Shown here in pieces: positions 16,951-26,790 of a DNA stretch of 64,000 nt. Below the pieces are notes generated by a model. The model did not search any database, was not told the origin of the DNA, and saw only the letters and a list, made by a program, of their open reading frames with translations. Source of the DNA: a phage; assembly GCA_038450185.1 (NCBI GenBank), contig GCA_038450185.1_4765.1; one strand, given 5' to 3'. Each line of letters starts with the position of its first letter. Position 1 is the stretch's first letter. Position numbers and translations under genes: made by a program.

Positions 16951-18120
16951 TTACCAATCAATCTTATCAGCCGGAATAAGTTTCTTATAATTCCGTAGAT
17001 AGTAAGTTTTCATTGAATCCATAATACGGTCATAATCAAGACCATCAAATGCAATCATCAGACACATGAAAATATATGCTTGTGCATCACCGTGTTTACG
17101 TGATTCGATAGTCGCATTTGATGCATATGTCTTTCTGTCTTCTCCCGCGTGTGCGTTATAAAATTCTGTTGCTGTCGTGAAGGCATTGCGAAGAATAGAC
17201 CTGAATGCTTCCTCGAATAGCTCGATTCGTTCCATTGCTTCCGGTTCGCCTTCATATGCAGCACGCAAATCATCGGTTTCGCTTTCTACGACATAGTAGA
17301 TCAGGTTATTAGGAAACATCGATGTGTTTTTAATGTTGTGCACACCAATATACCATTCACTCTTCACTTTGAACATTTGACCGTCTTTAGTGCGGGCAAC
17401 AATTCCTTCGATACCTTCTGCGATCCTAACTTCATCAAGAATATTGCTAAAACGCGCTGAATCAACCTGTAACGCATTTACCAGATGAGGACGTAGGATT
17501 GCGTCAGCAAATAGCATTTGATGCGGTACGTACTCTCCTGTGACGTTATGGCGTACATTCAGAAGTGTTAGCGACGGTTCAGAATATTCTACAACAATTC
17601 GGTTGCTGGGTGCTGTATATTCAAAGTTGAAAGTATAATCAGACCCAATATCAGCAATCTTAGCGCGTAGATCCGCATACTTCTCTGAATACAGAAGACC
17701 GTTTGCTCTCTCTGCCTGGCTTGAGTACAAGGCCGCTTTAGACTTCAACTGAACATAGCCGTTATCAATGTATGTGCTTACTAGACTACCGTCCATTTTG
17801 TCCATGACCATTTCCACATCTTCCGGCTTAAAGCGAGCGCGATCATTCTCGCCCAAATTAAAAAACTTCTCCATAGGACGAGATGCAATGCGGATCGGAC
17901 GACCTTTATCGTCAATTTCAAACATGATCCCGCGACACTCTAACGCATCTGGTTTATTCCACATTTCAGGTTTGCTCAAGTACAGATAACTAAAAATGCG
18001 CATACGGGTTTGCATCGCCGTAATTTCATCTTTGTAATAGAACGTATCAGATCCGTCACATAGTGCCATCAGATTTTTGAACAATGCTAAAACTTTTTTG
18101 TTGTTTTCTTTTGTTGACAT
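16951..18120 (-). CDS. rnlA: RNA ligase 1
   Basis: PDALECRGIMFE, ASRPMEKFFNL and KxDGSLVSTY motifs as in T4 Rnl1. Confidence 0.85.
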   Translation of the reverse strand: MSTKENNKKVLALFKNLMALCDGSDTFYYKDEITAMQTRMRIFSYLYLSKPEMWNKPDALECRGIMFEIDDKGRPIRIASRPMEKFFNLGENDRARFKPEDVEMVMDKMDGSLVSTYIDNGYVQLKSKAALYSSQAERANGLLYSEKYADLRAKIADIGSDYTFNFEYTAPSNRIVVEYSEPSLTLLNVRHNVTGEYVPHQMLFADAILRPHLVNALQVDSARFSNILDEVRIAEGIEGIVARTKDGQMFKVKSEWYIGVHNIKNTSMFPNNLIYYVVESETDDLRAAYEGEPEAMERIELFEEAFRSILRNAFTTATEFYNAHAGEDRKTYASNATIESRKHGDAQAYIFMCLMIAFDGLDYDRIMDSMKTYYLRNYKKLIPADKIDW

Positions 18121-18517
18121 AATTTGTGTTCCATTCTGGTTTAAATTTGGTGATCAAAACAGGTTCTTCGATATCGGCAGTGCTTATAATATCCTTACCC
18201 GTTGGATTCTCGATGTACAACTCAAAGCACTGTCGGTAATAGAATGTTACTGTCTTACCTTCCTCTAGCGCCTTATGAATATTCTTACTCTTGCGAGTAT
18301 CCGCTGTTGGTGTTTGTCTGTTAATGCTAGTCCGGTAATAATTGATCCTCTTTCTGAGATTGACAGTCTGACCAATGTATACCAGTTCATCATCAACCGC
18401 AATAGCGTAAAGAACATTTAAACGGTTCTTCTGAGGCGGCAGAATCACATCACCATCTTTACACTCTAAACATGAATATTTAACGAATCCATAGTTTTCT
18501 ATTAGCTCATTAATCAT
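18056..18517 (-). CDS. denA: endonuclease II (GIY-YIG family)
   Basis: NVLYAIAVDDELVYIGQTVNLRKRINYYR closely matches T4 EndoII. Confidence 0.75.
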   Translation of the reverse strand: MINELIENYGFVKYSCLECKDGDVILPPQKNRLNVLYAIAVDDELVYIGQTVNLRKRINYYRTSINRQTPTADTRKSKNIHKALEEGKTVTFYYRQCFELYIENPTGKDIISTADIEEPVLITKFKPEWNTNYVNKRKQQKSFSIVQKSDGTM

Positions 18518-18540
18518 TATCCTTTCCTCACGTCACAACA

Positions 18541-18566
18541 AAGGCGGGATTTCTCCCGCCCACCTT
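18541..18566 (-). terminator. hairpin terminator
   Basis: GGCGGGA-loop-TCCCGCC stem-loop. Confidence 0.4.
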
Positions 18567-18567
18567 A

Positions 18568-18966
18568 TTAACTTTCCAGAATATCGCGAGCTTCGTTACG
18601 CTCCTTGATGATTTTCAGGACAAATTCCAGTTTTTCTTTGTTTAGTGTTCCGTTTTCCATTGCTTCTTTGACGGTAAACACTCCTCCACCTTGCCCGTAT
18701 ACAGTGACAGTGATTTCACCTAACATCGTGGTGTGAAAACCGCCAATTTTCGGTGATTCGAAAGAAACAATTACCTCGCGGACAGTATTGCCGTCGTTGA
18801 TTTCTGAGAGGGTAATGTCGTTTTTGTAGGCGGTTGCTTTAACCATACGGATCAGCATAGTCTGATCTGGGGAGATGGTCATTTTGTCCATTGCATGTTG
18901 CAATGCAGCGTAACCGAAAACTTTAACGAAGTCCAGAACGTCTTTGCGAGTTTGAAAATTAATCAT
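18568..18966 (-). CDS. hypothetical protein (132 aa)
   Basis: ATG-initiated ORF. Confidence 0.45.
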   Translation of the reverse strand: MINFQTRKDVLDFVKVFGYAALQHAMDKMTISPDQTMLIRMVKATAYKNDITLSEINDGNTVREVIVSFESPKIGGFHTTMLGEITVTVYGQGGGVFTVKEAMENGTLNKEKLEFVLKIIKERNEARDILES

Positions 18967-19253
18967 CTTGATACTCCTTAGTTGTTTTGGTATGGGAGTA
19001 TCTTACTACTCCCGTGATATGCTGTCAACTGCTTTTTTATGCAACCGCAAACATCAACATTTGAACATTCTTGGCTGTCTGGCTTTCAAAGTTCTGACAT
19101 TCTTTGATAATGTCCTCTACTTTCTCGCCGGAGATCTCCGCGTAAGTTTCGATTGCCATTTTCAGTACCGCGTCAAAGTTGTTCATTTGATTCTCCTTAA
19201 AGTGTATTTCGTTTCGATGGGGGTATATTACTACCCCCGTTTCATGCTGTCAA

Positions 19254-19472
19254 CTACTTTTTAATGACAAGTTCGAATTTTGCTACCTTGCGTCCTCGTT
19301 TATTGAAAGCAACCCACGGACGGTTTTCAATGTAGAACAATTCTTCGCCAATAATGAATACTGGCTGATTGTAAAGGCGACCCATCAGGTCACGCTGGCG
19401 AATGGTAGTAGATTCGTATACTTCTCCCACTACAAAGTGTTTGCTGATAGAGTCGGTGCAAGTAAATTTCAT
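19254..19472 (-). CDS. hypothetical small protein (72 aa)
   Basis: ORF behind a promoter. Confidence 0.45.
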   Translation of the reverse strand: MKFTCTDSISKHFVVGEVYESTTIRQRDLMGRLYNQPVFIIGEELFYIENRPWVAFNKRGRKVAKFELVIKK

Positions 19473-19505
19473 TTTGATTCTCCTTTGTTTCGTTTCGATG
19501 GGGGT

Positions 19506-19534
19506 ATATTACTACCCCCGTTATTCAGTGTCAA
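19506..19534 (-). promoter_or_regulatory. sigma70-type early promoter, TTGACA / TAATAT
   Basis: -35 and -10 hexamers on the minus strand. Confidence 0.45.
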
Positions 19535-19541
19535 CTACTTT

Positions 19542-19760
19542 TTACTTGTTGTATTCATTCCACCATTGGGTTAGCTTATCAATTATTTTTGTGTTTCTAT
19601 CCAACTTCTCCCACCGTTTTCTAGGGTTTATCAACCGGAATAGGTAAGGTGTACTTGTTAAGTGAACTCGGTCAATGTAGTGATTGATGTACTGCTTTTC
19701 GATTCTAAGTTTCATCTTTTTACGATGAAAATATGCAATGACTTGTTCTTCTGTTTCCAT
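19542..19760 (-). CDS. hypothetical small protein (72 aa)
   Basis: ORF behind a promoter. Confidence 0.45.
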   Translation of the reverse strand: METEEQVIAYFHRKKMKLRIEKQYINHYIDRVHLTSTPYLFRLINPRKRWEKLDRNTKIIDKLTQWWNEYNK

Positions 19761-19784
19761 ATGTTCCTCCGTTTCGATGTGCGT

Positions 19785-19813
19785 ATTATGCTATGGCAAG
19801 ATCTGATTGTCAA
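19785..19813 (-). promoter_or_regulatory. sigma70-type early promoter, TTGACA-17-CATAAT
   Basis: -35 and -10 hexamers on the minus strand. Confidence 0.5.
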
Positions 19814-19819
19814 CACCCA

Positions 19820-19848
19820 ATAACAAAAAAGTCGCCACTATGGGCGAC
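19820..19848 (-). terminator. hairpin terminator
   Basis: GTCGCC-loop-GGCGAC then T6 on the minus strand. Confidence 0.5.
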
Positions 19849-19860
19849 TTTGAACAAACA

Positions 19861-20337
19861 TTAATCATGACCGTGATTTGCAATATCCGCTCGTGTCGTG
19901 TCTTTGTGATTTCCTACGTCAAAGACACGATAGCCGTTTTCTCTGAGAACTTTAATCACTTCTGGGTTATCTTCGAATACTCCCACCACTTCATCTTTAT
20001 CAAATGATTTAATTACCTCTAATTTGATGTGATAGTCTTTACGGGAATCGGTACGTCCTCTCATAAAGATTTTATCAAAACACACCCCGTTAGAAATTAA
20101 CCAATCAATTGTTTCCATGTAAGCATGTGAACTTCGTCCTGTGAGGATGTAAATCAAATGCCCGTTGTCGGAAAGAGCATTGATAACACGGATTACATCG
20201 TAAATGGGGGAATCTCCCCCACATGCCTTGTTATATTCGATCCATGACTCGACTTTATCAAGATTTTCGGTTGGCATCTTTGCTAGTCGATGCGTTGGAT
20301 CTGTGATCGTAAAATCTAAATCGACAAAATATATCAT
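19861..20337 (-). CDS. HAD-like phosphatase (158 aa)
   Basis: N-terminal DxDxT motif FVDLDFTITD; overlaps nrdB stop by 4 nt. Confidence 0.4.
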   Translation of the reverse strand: MIYFVDLDFTITDPTHRLAKMPTENLDKVESWIEYNKACGGDSPIYDVIRVINALSDNGHLIYILTGRSSHAYMETIDWLISNGVCFDKIFMRGRTDSRKDYHIKLEVIKSFDKDEVVGVFEDNPEVIKVLRENGYRVFDVGNHKDTTRADIANHGHD

Positions 20338-21521
20338 AGATATTTCCCGAATCGGTTGTAGTCGTCGTCTGTTAAATCGGTATTAACCTGAGATACCAGA
20401 TACATGATCTCTACTTCTTGCGCCGCGTTTTGAACTTCGTCAGAGTTTAACCACTTACGCATCCACGGTAAAGGATGACGACGAACACTAAACGGGCTTT
20501 TCAGTCCGGCAGCACGCATACGGGAATCTGCCAGGTATTCTACATAGGTTTTCAGAATTTCCGGTGACAGGTTAGGAATTGCCCCCATTGCGAATAGGTG
20601 GTCTACCCATTCTTTTTCTTGCTCGACAACATCCAGAAAGATTTTCGTTGCTTCGCCTTCAAGTTCTTCCGCAATCTGTTTCCACTCATCACCATCAACC
20701 CCCGTTTGCCATTGACGAATAATGTATTGTGTGCCTTTTAAATGAAGTTGTTCATCACGCGCAATAAATTTCATGATCTTCGCGTTACCTTCCAGTAAAC
20801 CACGTTCGGCAAAGCTGAAAGTACATGCAAAGGACACATAAAAACGGATTGCTTCCAGTGCATTGACGCAGTGTGCACACAGATAAATCGAAGCCATCAG
20901 ATCTCGTTTTGTATCTTCAAAAAATCTTCTTGCATCATCTAATTCTGTCTGATCGTCTCGTTCTTCCCAATAGTGGTGGAGAACTTCTTCTTCCCAATAG
21001 CGGAGATCTTCTTTTGCATTCTCATACTTACGAATCCAATAAAGAACATCATCATAATATTTCCCGATAGATTCCGCTCGCTTCATGATAGCAGGGTTAT
21101 CGATGATCTGGTCGAACTCACTAGCCGGATCAATGAAACAGTTACGCATAATGTGTGTATAGCTTCGGCTATGAATCGTTTCGCTGAATGTCCATGTTTG
21201 CAACCATGTATCGAGAGTTGGATCAGATACAATTGGACCAAATGCTGCGGACGGTGCGCGACCTTGAATAGAATCAAGTAATGTCTGATACTTCAAGTTT
21301 TCAGTAAAGAAACGCTTTTCAACGTCACCCATATTAAGATATTGAATGCGGTCGGTTGCAAGTGAAATTTCTTCTGGACGCCAGAAAAATGACAATTGCT
21401 TTTCGATCAGTTCTTCAAATACTTGATGACGCTGAATATCATAGCGAGCGATACCCAACCCACTACCCAGAAACATTGGTTCGTTCATAATATCAACATG
21501 TTCGCGGTTAAATACGCTCAT
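20334..21521 (-). CDS. nrdB: ribonucleotide reductase small subunit
   Basis: 395-aa class I RNR beta-subunit-like ORF next to nrdA; uninterrupted. Confidence 0.85.
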   Translation of the reverse strand: MSVFNREHVDIMNEPMFLGSGLGIARYDIQRHQVFEELIEKQLSFFWRPEEISLATDRIQYLNMGDVEKRFFTENLKYQTLLDSIQGRAPSAAFGPIVSDPTLDTWLQTWTFSETIHSRSYTHIMRNCFIDPASEFDQIIDNPAIMKRAESIGKYYDDVLYWIRKYENAKEDLRYWEEEVLHHYWEERDDQTELDDARRFFEDTKRDLMASIYLCAHCVNALEAIRFYVSFACTFSFAERGLLEGNAKIMKFIARDEQLHLKGTQYIIRQWQTGVDGDEWKQIAEELEGEATKIFLDVVEQEKEWVDHLFAMGAIPNLSPEILKTYVEYLADSRMRAAGLKSPFSVRRHPLPWMRKWLNSDEVQNAAQEVEIMYLVSQVNTDLTDDDYNRFGKYL

Positions 21522-21703
21522 TAATTCACCTCACTATCACTTTTTAACACAAAAGAACTTAGTATTTCTGTTTATTTCGTTATCCTGTTGCAATTCCTGC
21601 ACGGCTTCAAAACAGCTTTGATGTGATGAAAACTCCACGCTGGTAACAGTTCCTTTATTATATGATCCTACGCTAACGGAAAGCAATAACCATACAGTAG
21701 CCA

Positions 21704-21871
21704 TTATCCTACAACCTCAAAACATTTATCATCGGGAAGAATAACCCATTCTACGCCGTATTCATCCTCAACGTAGTAGCAAGTCCCATCATATCGAGCC
21801 TCATATACATTACCGACAACAAAGCTATCAGCTAGCTCAAAATCTACAGCAACACATTTTAATTTGGTCAT
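21704..21871 (-). CDS. hypothetical small protein (55 aa)
   Basis: Internal ATG with RBS; between nrdA and nrdB. Confidence 0.4.
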   Translation of the reverse strand: MTKLKCVAVDFELADSFVVGNVYEARYDGTCYYVEDEYGVEWVILPDDKCFEVVG

Positions 21872-21939
21872 AATAAAATCCTCACTTGTTTTTGATGGTT
21901 GTATTATAGCGGGGATTTCTCCCCGCGTCAACACTTATT

Positions 21940-24183
21940 TTACAGCTTGCAAGATGAGCACTCGCTAGCGTCTTCCGTACCATCTGCACCGTCGCGAACG
22001 TTCGCATAATACAGGGTTTTCAGACCGTAATATTGAGCAAACAACATATCATCTAACACATCAGCAATATCGACTTTACCAGTCTTATAAGTGCTTGGAT
22101 CATAGGATGTATTGGAACTAATCGCCTGATCTACAAACTTCTGCATGATCGCTGCCAGTGTCAGATAGGGCTTGTTACCTTTCTTGATCAGTGTCCAAAG
22201 CAGGTCAATAACATCAGCATTATTCTCTACGTTCGGAATAACCTGATTAAATTGCCCTTCTTTCGATCCTTTAACCGATACAATCCCGCGAGGCGGTTCA
22301 ATACCGTTTGTGCTGTTAGATACCTGAGAAGACGACTCACAAGGCATCAGAGCCGAAAGCGTACTATTACGAATGCCATATTTTTTCAGGTCTTCGCGCA
22401 GTTCTTCCCAATCCATCTCATACACAGGATCAACCAGTTCATCTACTGTCTTTTTGTACCAGTCGATAGGCAGTTCACCGCGTCCATAACGTGTTTCGTG
22501 CATCAGTTCGCAAGCACCCTTCTCTTTAGCCAGTTGCACACTAGCCTTAATCAGAGCATATTGCAAGCGTTCAAACGTTTTATGCGTAAACTCGTTAGCG
22601 TCTTCATATGTGAAGAAATTATCCGCTAGATATGACGCAAAGTTAGTAACACCAACACCCAGAGAGCGACGTTTTTTGGCTGTCAGAGCTTGTTCTACAG
22701 GATAATCCTGATAATCTAACAGGTTGTCAAGTGCACGCACCATAACCATAGCAATGCGTTCTACTTCTTCCATGTTTTCGATATCGAAATTACCTAAAAC
22801 ATATGCTGCCAAAGTACATAGGCTGATCTCTGAATCATCACGCCCCATCGGTTTAGTAGGCAGAGCAATTTCACAACACAGGTTAGATTGTTTAATTGGT
22901 GCTACATTACGAATAAACGCCCCGTGATTGTTCATGTTGTCTGTGAATGTTGGGTAGATTCGACCAGTGTTAAAACGTTCAATTGCCACCGCTAAAAACA
23001 GGTCTTCGGCTTTAACACGAGTTTTACGAACACTCGGATCTTTTTCCAGTTTTTCGTAAAGCTGGCGGAAACCTTCCTCATCTCGGAAGTACAGATCCCA
23101 CAACAAGCCACCTGCAACATCTGGACTAAACAGAGTAATGTAATCCCGTTTAAGGAATCGCTCTACCATCAGGTTATTAATCTGTACGCCGTAGTCAAGA
23201 TGGCGAATGCGGTTATCTTCCACGCCCTTATTGTTCTTTAACACAATCAGACTTTCAAACTCTAAATGCCACATTGGGTAATAGAGAGTCGCCGCCCCGC
23301 CACGAATACCGCCTTGTGAGCATGACTTAACGGCAGTCTGAAAATGTTTCCAGAATGGGATAACGCCAGTATGACGAACTTCACCATGCCCGATCTTAGA
23401 TCCTTCCGCGCGAATCATGCCAGCGTTGATACCGATACCAGCACGCTTGCTAATATACTTGATGATTGCATTTGCTGTTTCGTTGATGCCCTGCAATGAG
23501 TCATCACTTTCAATCACCACACACGAACTAAATTGTCGTGTTGGAGTACGCACACCCGCCATAATCGGAGTAGGCAGAGAGATTTGCTTATTCGCAACAG
23601 CATTATAAAAATCAATCACATGTTCAAGTCGATTTTCTGTCTCTTCTTGATGCAAACACATACCAATCAGCATATACGCAAATTGCGGTGTTTCGATGAT
23701 TTTCTTAGTGCTGCGATCCTGAACAAGATATTTCTCTTTTAACTGCATCGCACCAGCATAGGTCATTTTAAAATCAAGTTTATGGTCGATGAATTTCTCC
23801 AGATATTCCACTTCTTCACGGGAATATTTTTGCAGAATTTCGCGATCATATTTTCCGGTTGCAATATTACGCTCAATATGGCTATAAAAATCAATAGGTT
23901 GGAATTGACCGTATACTGATTTACGAAGCGCGAACATTGCAAGGTTACTTGCTACATATTGATAATCAGGCGTTTCTACAGTAATGTTATCTGCGGCGAC
24001 CTTAATCAATACTTTCTGGATATCATTGGTAGACATACCTTCTGTCAGAAGTGGTTCAACCATATCAAACAATTCATATGGATCAACGTTATGACCTTCG
24101 GCTGCCGCTTCCAGAATTTTCATTACTTTTTCTTTTTCAAACGGAACAGTCAGACCGGAAGACTTAACAACATTTTTAATCAT
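21940..24183 (-). CDS. nrdA: ribonucleotide reductase large subunit
   Basis: 747 aa (T4 NrdA about 754); active-site region NLCCEI and C-terminal CESSS.. Cys cluster. Confidence 0.9.
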   Translation of the reverse strand: MIKNVVKSSGLTVPFEKEKVMKILEAAAEGHNVDPYELFDMVEPLLTEGMSTNDIQKVLIKVAADNITVETPDYQYVASNLAMFALRKSVYGQFQPIDFYSHIERNIATGKYDREILQKYSREEVEYLEKFIDHKLDFKMTYAGAMQLKEKYLVQDRSTKKIIETPQFAYMLIGMCLHQEETENRLEHVIDFYNAVANKQISLPTPIMAGVRTPTRQFSSCVVIESDDSLQGINETANAIIKYISKRAGIGINAGMIRAEGSKIGHGEVRHTGVIPFWKHFQTAVKSCSQGGIRGGAATLYYPMWHLEFESLIVLKNNKGVEDNRIRHLDYGVQINNLMVERFLKRDYITLFSPDVAGGLLWDLYFRDEEGFRQLYEKLEKDPSVRKTRVKAEDLFLAVAIERFNTGRIYPTFTDNMNNHGAFIRNVAPIKQSNLCCEIALPTKPMGRDDSEISLCTLAAYVLGNFDIENMEEVERIAMVMVRALDNLLDYQDYPVEQALTAKKRRSLGVGVTNFASYLADNFFTYEDANEFTHKTFERLQYALIKASVQLAKEKGACELMHETRYGRGELPIDWYKKTVDELVDPVYEMDWEELREDLKKYGIRNSTLSALMPCESSSQVSNSTNGIEPPRGIVSVKGSKEGQFNQVIPNVENNADVIDLLWTLIKKGNKPYLTLAAIMQKFVDQAISSNTSYDPSTYKTGKVDIADVLDDMLFAQYYGLKTLYYANVRDGADGTEDASECSSCKL

Positions 24184-24252
24184 ATTACCTCACTTCATAT
24201 TTTAGCAGGAACAAGTTTTATCCTCCATATTGGGGGCTTTCGCCCCCTTTGT

Positions 24253-25488
24253 TTATACTGCCATTTGAGCGGTGATCGCTGGATGGCTTTGATAGTTGTG
24301 AATTTTAAAGTCTTTCGGAGTCTTTGTCAATACCTCATCTAAAGACTTAAATTCCGGCAACTCAATTGTTGGTTTATCAAACGGAACACGGCTTAACTGT
24401 TCCATAACTTGATCAAAATGGTTTTTGTAAATGTGGCAATCCCCACACTGATAAACCAGTTCGCCAACTTCTAACCCGCAAATCTTCGCGATGATATGCG
24501 TTAACAGTGCATAGCTCGCTACGTTGAACGGATTCCCTAAAAAGAGATCATTCGAACGCATGAAAAATAAACAACTCAATTTGTTGTCGTTGGAAACATA
24601 AAACTGTACCATCGGATGACATACACCTAACACAGCATTATGCGTTTCCTGTACGTTCCATGAATCAATGATAATACGACGACTATACGGATCATTCTTG
24701 ATCATGTCAATAACTTTTTGTAACTGGTCTTCCCAAATCTTCGGGCGATAGACATATTCTTCATCGTCTTTAGTGCTTGATGTGTCTACGTCCATACTAG
24801 CAAAGATCGTGGTATCTGGTGCTAAAATATCCCCACCCAGATAATCACTATCAAGCAGATAACCGAAATAACCATCATCTACCCATTCCTGGAATCCCCA
24901 CAAGCAATATGCATCATTAACAAAATTAGATTGAGTCTTCCAGTGATCGGCTACTAAGAATTGATTATATTCAGAATCAAACTCTTCATAACGCATACCA
25001 CGCCAGATAGCACATAAACGGTCTTCTGTTTCATTGGTTGGCGTAAAGTCTTCTACCCACGGGTGCTTAAATGTATGTGCATATTTGCTCTTAACTCGCT
25101 TAATTTTGATTTCACCGTGTGGATGAATCGGTTTGCGTCGCCACGCCATACCATACATATTGCCGACATTATAACCATTGAATCGCAAGGGATTCTTTTC
25201 TTTCATATCAAGACAGTTGCCGCGCCAAATATCAAAGGCTTCCTCGTCAAACTTGCCGCGTGTAATTTCCTGTAAGCGACGGCGGTCAAGTGATCCCTCC
25301 ATAAACCATAGCAATTCGCCAATTACAGAGGCTGTAGCCATCTTTTTAGTGGTCAGTAAGGGGAAACCCTTGCTTAAGTCAATTCGCATTTCTGCACCGA
25401 ATTTAGAGAGCGTACCTACCCCCGTGCGGTCTTCACGAGGCCAGCCATTATCAAGAACATCACGCAACAGTTTCAAATATTCTTTCAT
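24253..25488 (-). CDS. td: thymidylate synthase with a large in-frame insertion
   Basis: ThyA motifs DRTGVGT, PLLTTKK, SRRIIIDSWNV, LGVCHPMVQFYV, RSNDLFLGNPFNVASYA; 411 aa against about 286 in T4. Confidence 0.8.
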   Translation of the reverse strand: MKEYLKLLRDVLDNGWPREDRTGVGTLSKFGAEMRIDLSKGFPLLTTKKMATASVIGELLWFMEGSLDRRRLQEITRGKFDEEAFDIWRGNCLDMKEKNPLRFNGYNVGNMYGMAWRRKPIHPHGEIKIKRVKSKYAHTFKHPWVEDFTPTNETEDRLCAIWRGMRYEEFDSEYNQFLVADHWKTQSNFVNDAYCLWGFQEWVDDGYFGYLLDSDYLGGDILAPDTTIFASMDVDTSSTKDDEEYVYRPKIWEDQLQKVIDMIKNDPYSRRIIIDSWNVQETHNAVLGVCHPMVQFYVSNDNKLSCLFFMRSNDLFLGNPFNVASYALLTHIIAKICGLEVGELVYQCGDCHIYKNHFDQVMEQLSRVPFDKPTIELPEFKSLDEVLTKTPKDFKIHNYQSHPAITAQMAV

Positions 25489-25750
25489 CCCACTTCCCCT
25501 TTTTCTTTGCTTTCTTACGCAGTTTTGCTACTGTCTCGCTAATGTTAATAAAAATATCGTCTGGACCGAATACAGTAACAGGTCTTGATATATCGCTATT
25601 TTCTTGTACAGGAAACCATGACGCTTTCGATTCATCATAGAGATATTGCAACCCGTAAAGATCTTCTGCTACTGCGTAGTTTTCATGGGTTGCCGACCAT
25701 AATCGAATAATACTGATTTTCATTATTGTTCCCGTCCGCAGTGTAAACAC
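25460..25750 (-). CDS. hypothetical small protein
   Basis: ORF between frd and td; start uncertain. Confidence 0.4.
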   Translation of the reverse strand: MFTLRTGTIMKISIIRLWSATHENYAVAEDLYGLQYLYDESKASWFPVQENSDISRPVTVFGPDDIFINISETVAKLRKKAKKKGKWDERIFETVA

Positions 25751-25816
25751 CGACTACCAGCAAACATCAAAGATTCACCACAATGTTTGCATTCATAATC
25801 TGTCAGAATTTTCATG

Positions 25817-26386
25817 TTACGCCTTCTTACGTTCTAAAATTTGTTCGCTGATCAGGTAATCATCAAGGAAGTAATTATGTTCTTCTTTTGTTGCAAAGTC
25901 AAAATATAATTCCTGAATCATTTCCTTAGAGATACCAACATCATATTCGAACGGATCATTAATTCCTGCTCGTTGAACATACGTTAACACAATACGGTCC
26001 GCAAAGTCAACCGCTTTTTCAATCAGGGAAGGTCCGCCGATAACACTTACCAAACCTTGCGTTTTCTCTAGGGCTTTTAACAGATCCTTCAATTCAATTC
26101 CAGTATACACATCAGGTTGGTCGCCGTTTTTAGCTTTCGGTTCTGGCTTGTTGGTATCGGTGCTAACAACCACATTCAAACGTCCCCAAAGTGCTTTAGG
26201 CAGACTTTCAAAGGTATTGCGTCCCATTACTACCGCAGAAAAATCAACCTCGCCAATAGTGCGGATTTGAAAGTTTTCCATATCTTTTTTGATTGGACGA
26301 CCCCACGGTAAACCGCCTTTAAAACCAAAAGCCCAATTTTCATCCGACATTTTAGTGTCACCAATAGCAAATACACATTGAATCAT
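25817..26386 (-). CDS. frd: dihydrofolate reductase
   Basis: FGFKGGLPWGRPIKKDMENF DHFR motif; 189 aa. Confidence 0.8.
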   Translation of the reverse strand: MIQCVFAIGDTKMSDENWAFGFKGGLPWGRPIKKDMENFQIRTIGEVDFSAVVMGRNTFESLPKALWGRLNVVVSTDTNKPEPKAKNGDQPDVYTGIELKDLLKALEKTQGLVSVIGGPSLIEKAVDFADRIVLTYVQRAGINDPFEYDVGISKEMIQELYFDFATKEEHNYFLDDYLISEQILERKKA

Positions 26387-26401
26387 AATATAAATCTCCC
26401 A

Positions 26402-26731
26402 TCAAATCAGTTTGAAATAGTTTTCGTTTACATTTTCTTCTGTGATTGCTGTCTTAAATTCTTGACCGTTATCCGGTGTGATGAAATAACGGTCAGAATA
26501 ATCACGAAAACGTTTTAAGTGAGATACACCAACATTAACACCATTTTCCCAAAAACGAAAGGTAATCATTTTTGGTTCATATCGATAGTCGCTGGTTAAC
26601 ACAGTACCATCACCGCGACGGGCTTCATAAACCGTAATACATTCACGATTGGCGGCTTTTAAGCATTCTTCAATAGTGCCGCACGAGATAATACTTACTT
26701 TTTCATCTACGATTTGTTCTACAGTCCACAT
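26402..26731 (-). CDS. hypothetical protein (109 aa)
   Basis: Internal ATG behind promoter. Confidence 0.45.
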   Translation of the reverse strand: MWTVEQIVDEKVSIISCGTIEECLKAANRECITVYEARRGDGTVLTSDYRYEPKMITFRFWENGVNVGVSHLKRFRDYSDRYFITPDNGQEFKTAITEENVNENYFKLI

Positions 26732-26762
26732 AATATAATCCTCTCTTTGTTTCGATATGTGC

Positions 26763-26790
26763 ATTATACACTATTGCGTTACGCTGTCAA
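26763..26790 (-). promoter_or_regulatory. sigma70-type early promoter, TTGACA / TATAAT
   Basis: -35 and -10 hexamers on the minus strand. Confidence 0.5.

Noticed and set aside
24253-25488. Group I intron or intein in td, and introns in nrdB/nrdA
   Set aside because: td, nrdB and nrdA are each single uninterrupted ORFs; the td insertion is in-frame protein sequence without intein boundary residues, so no intron or intein was called
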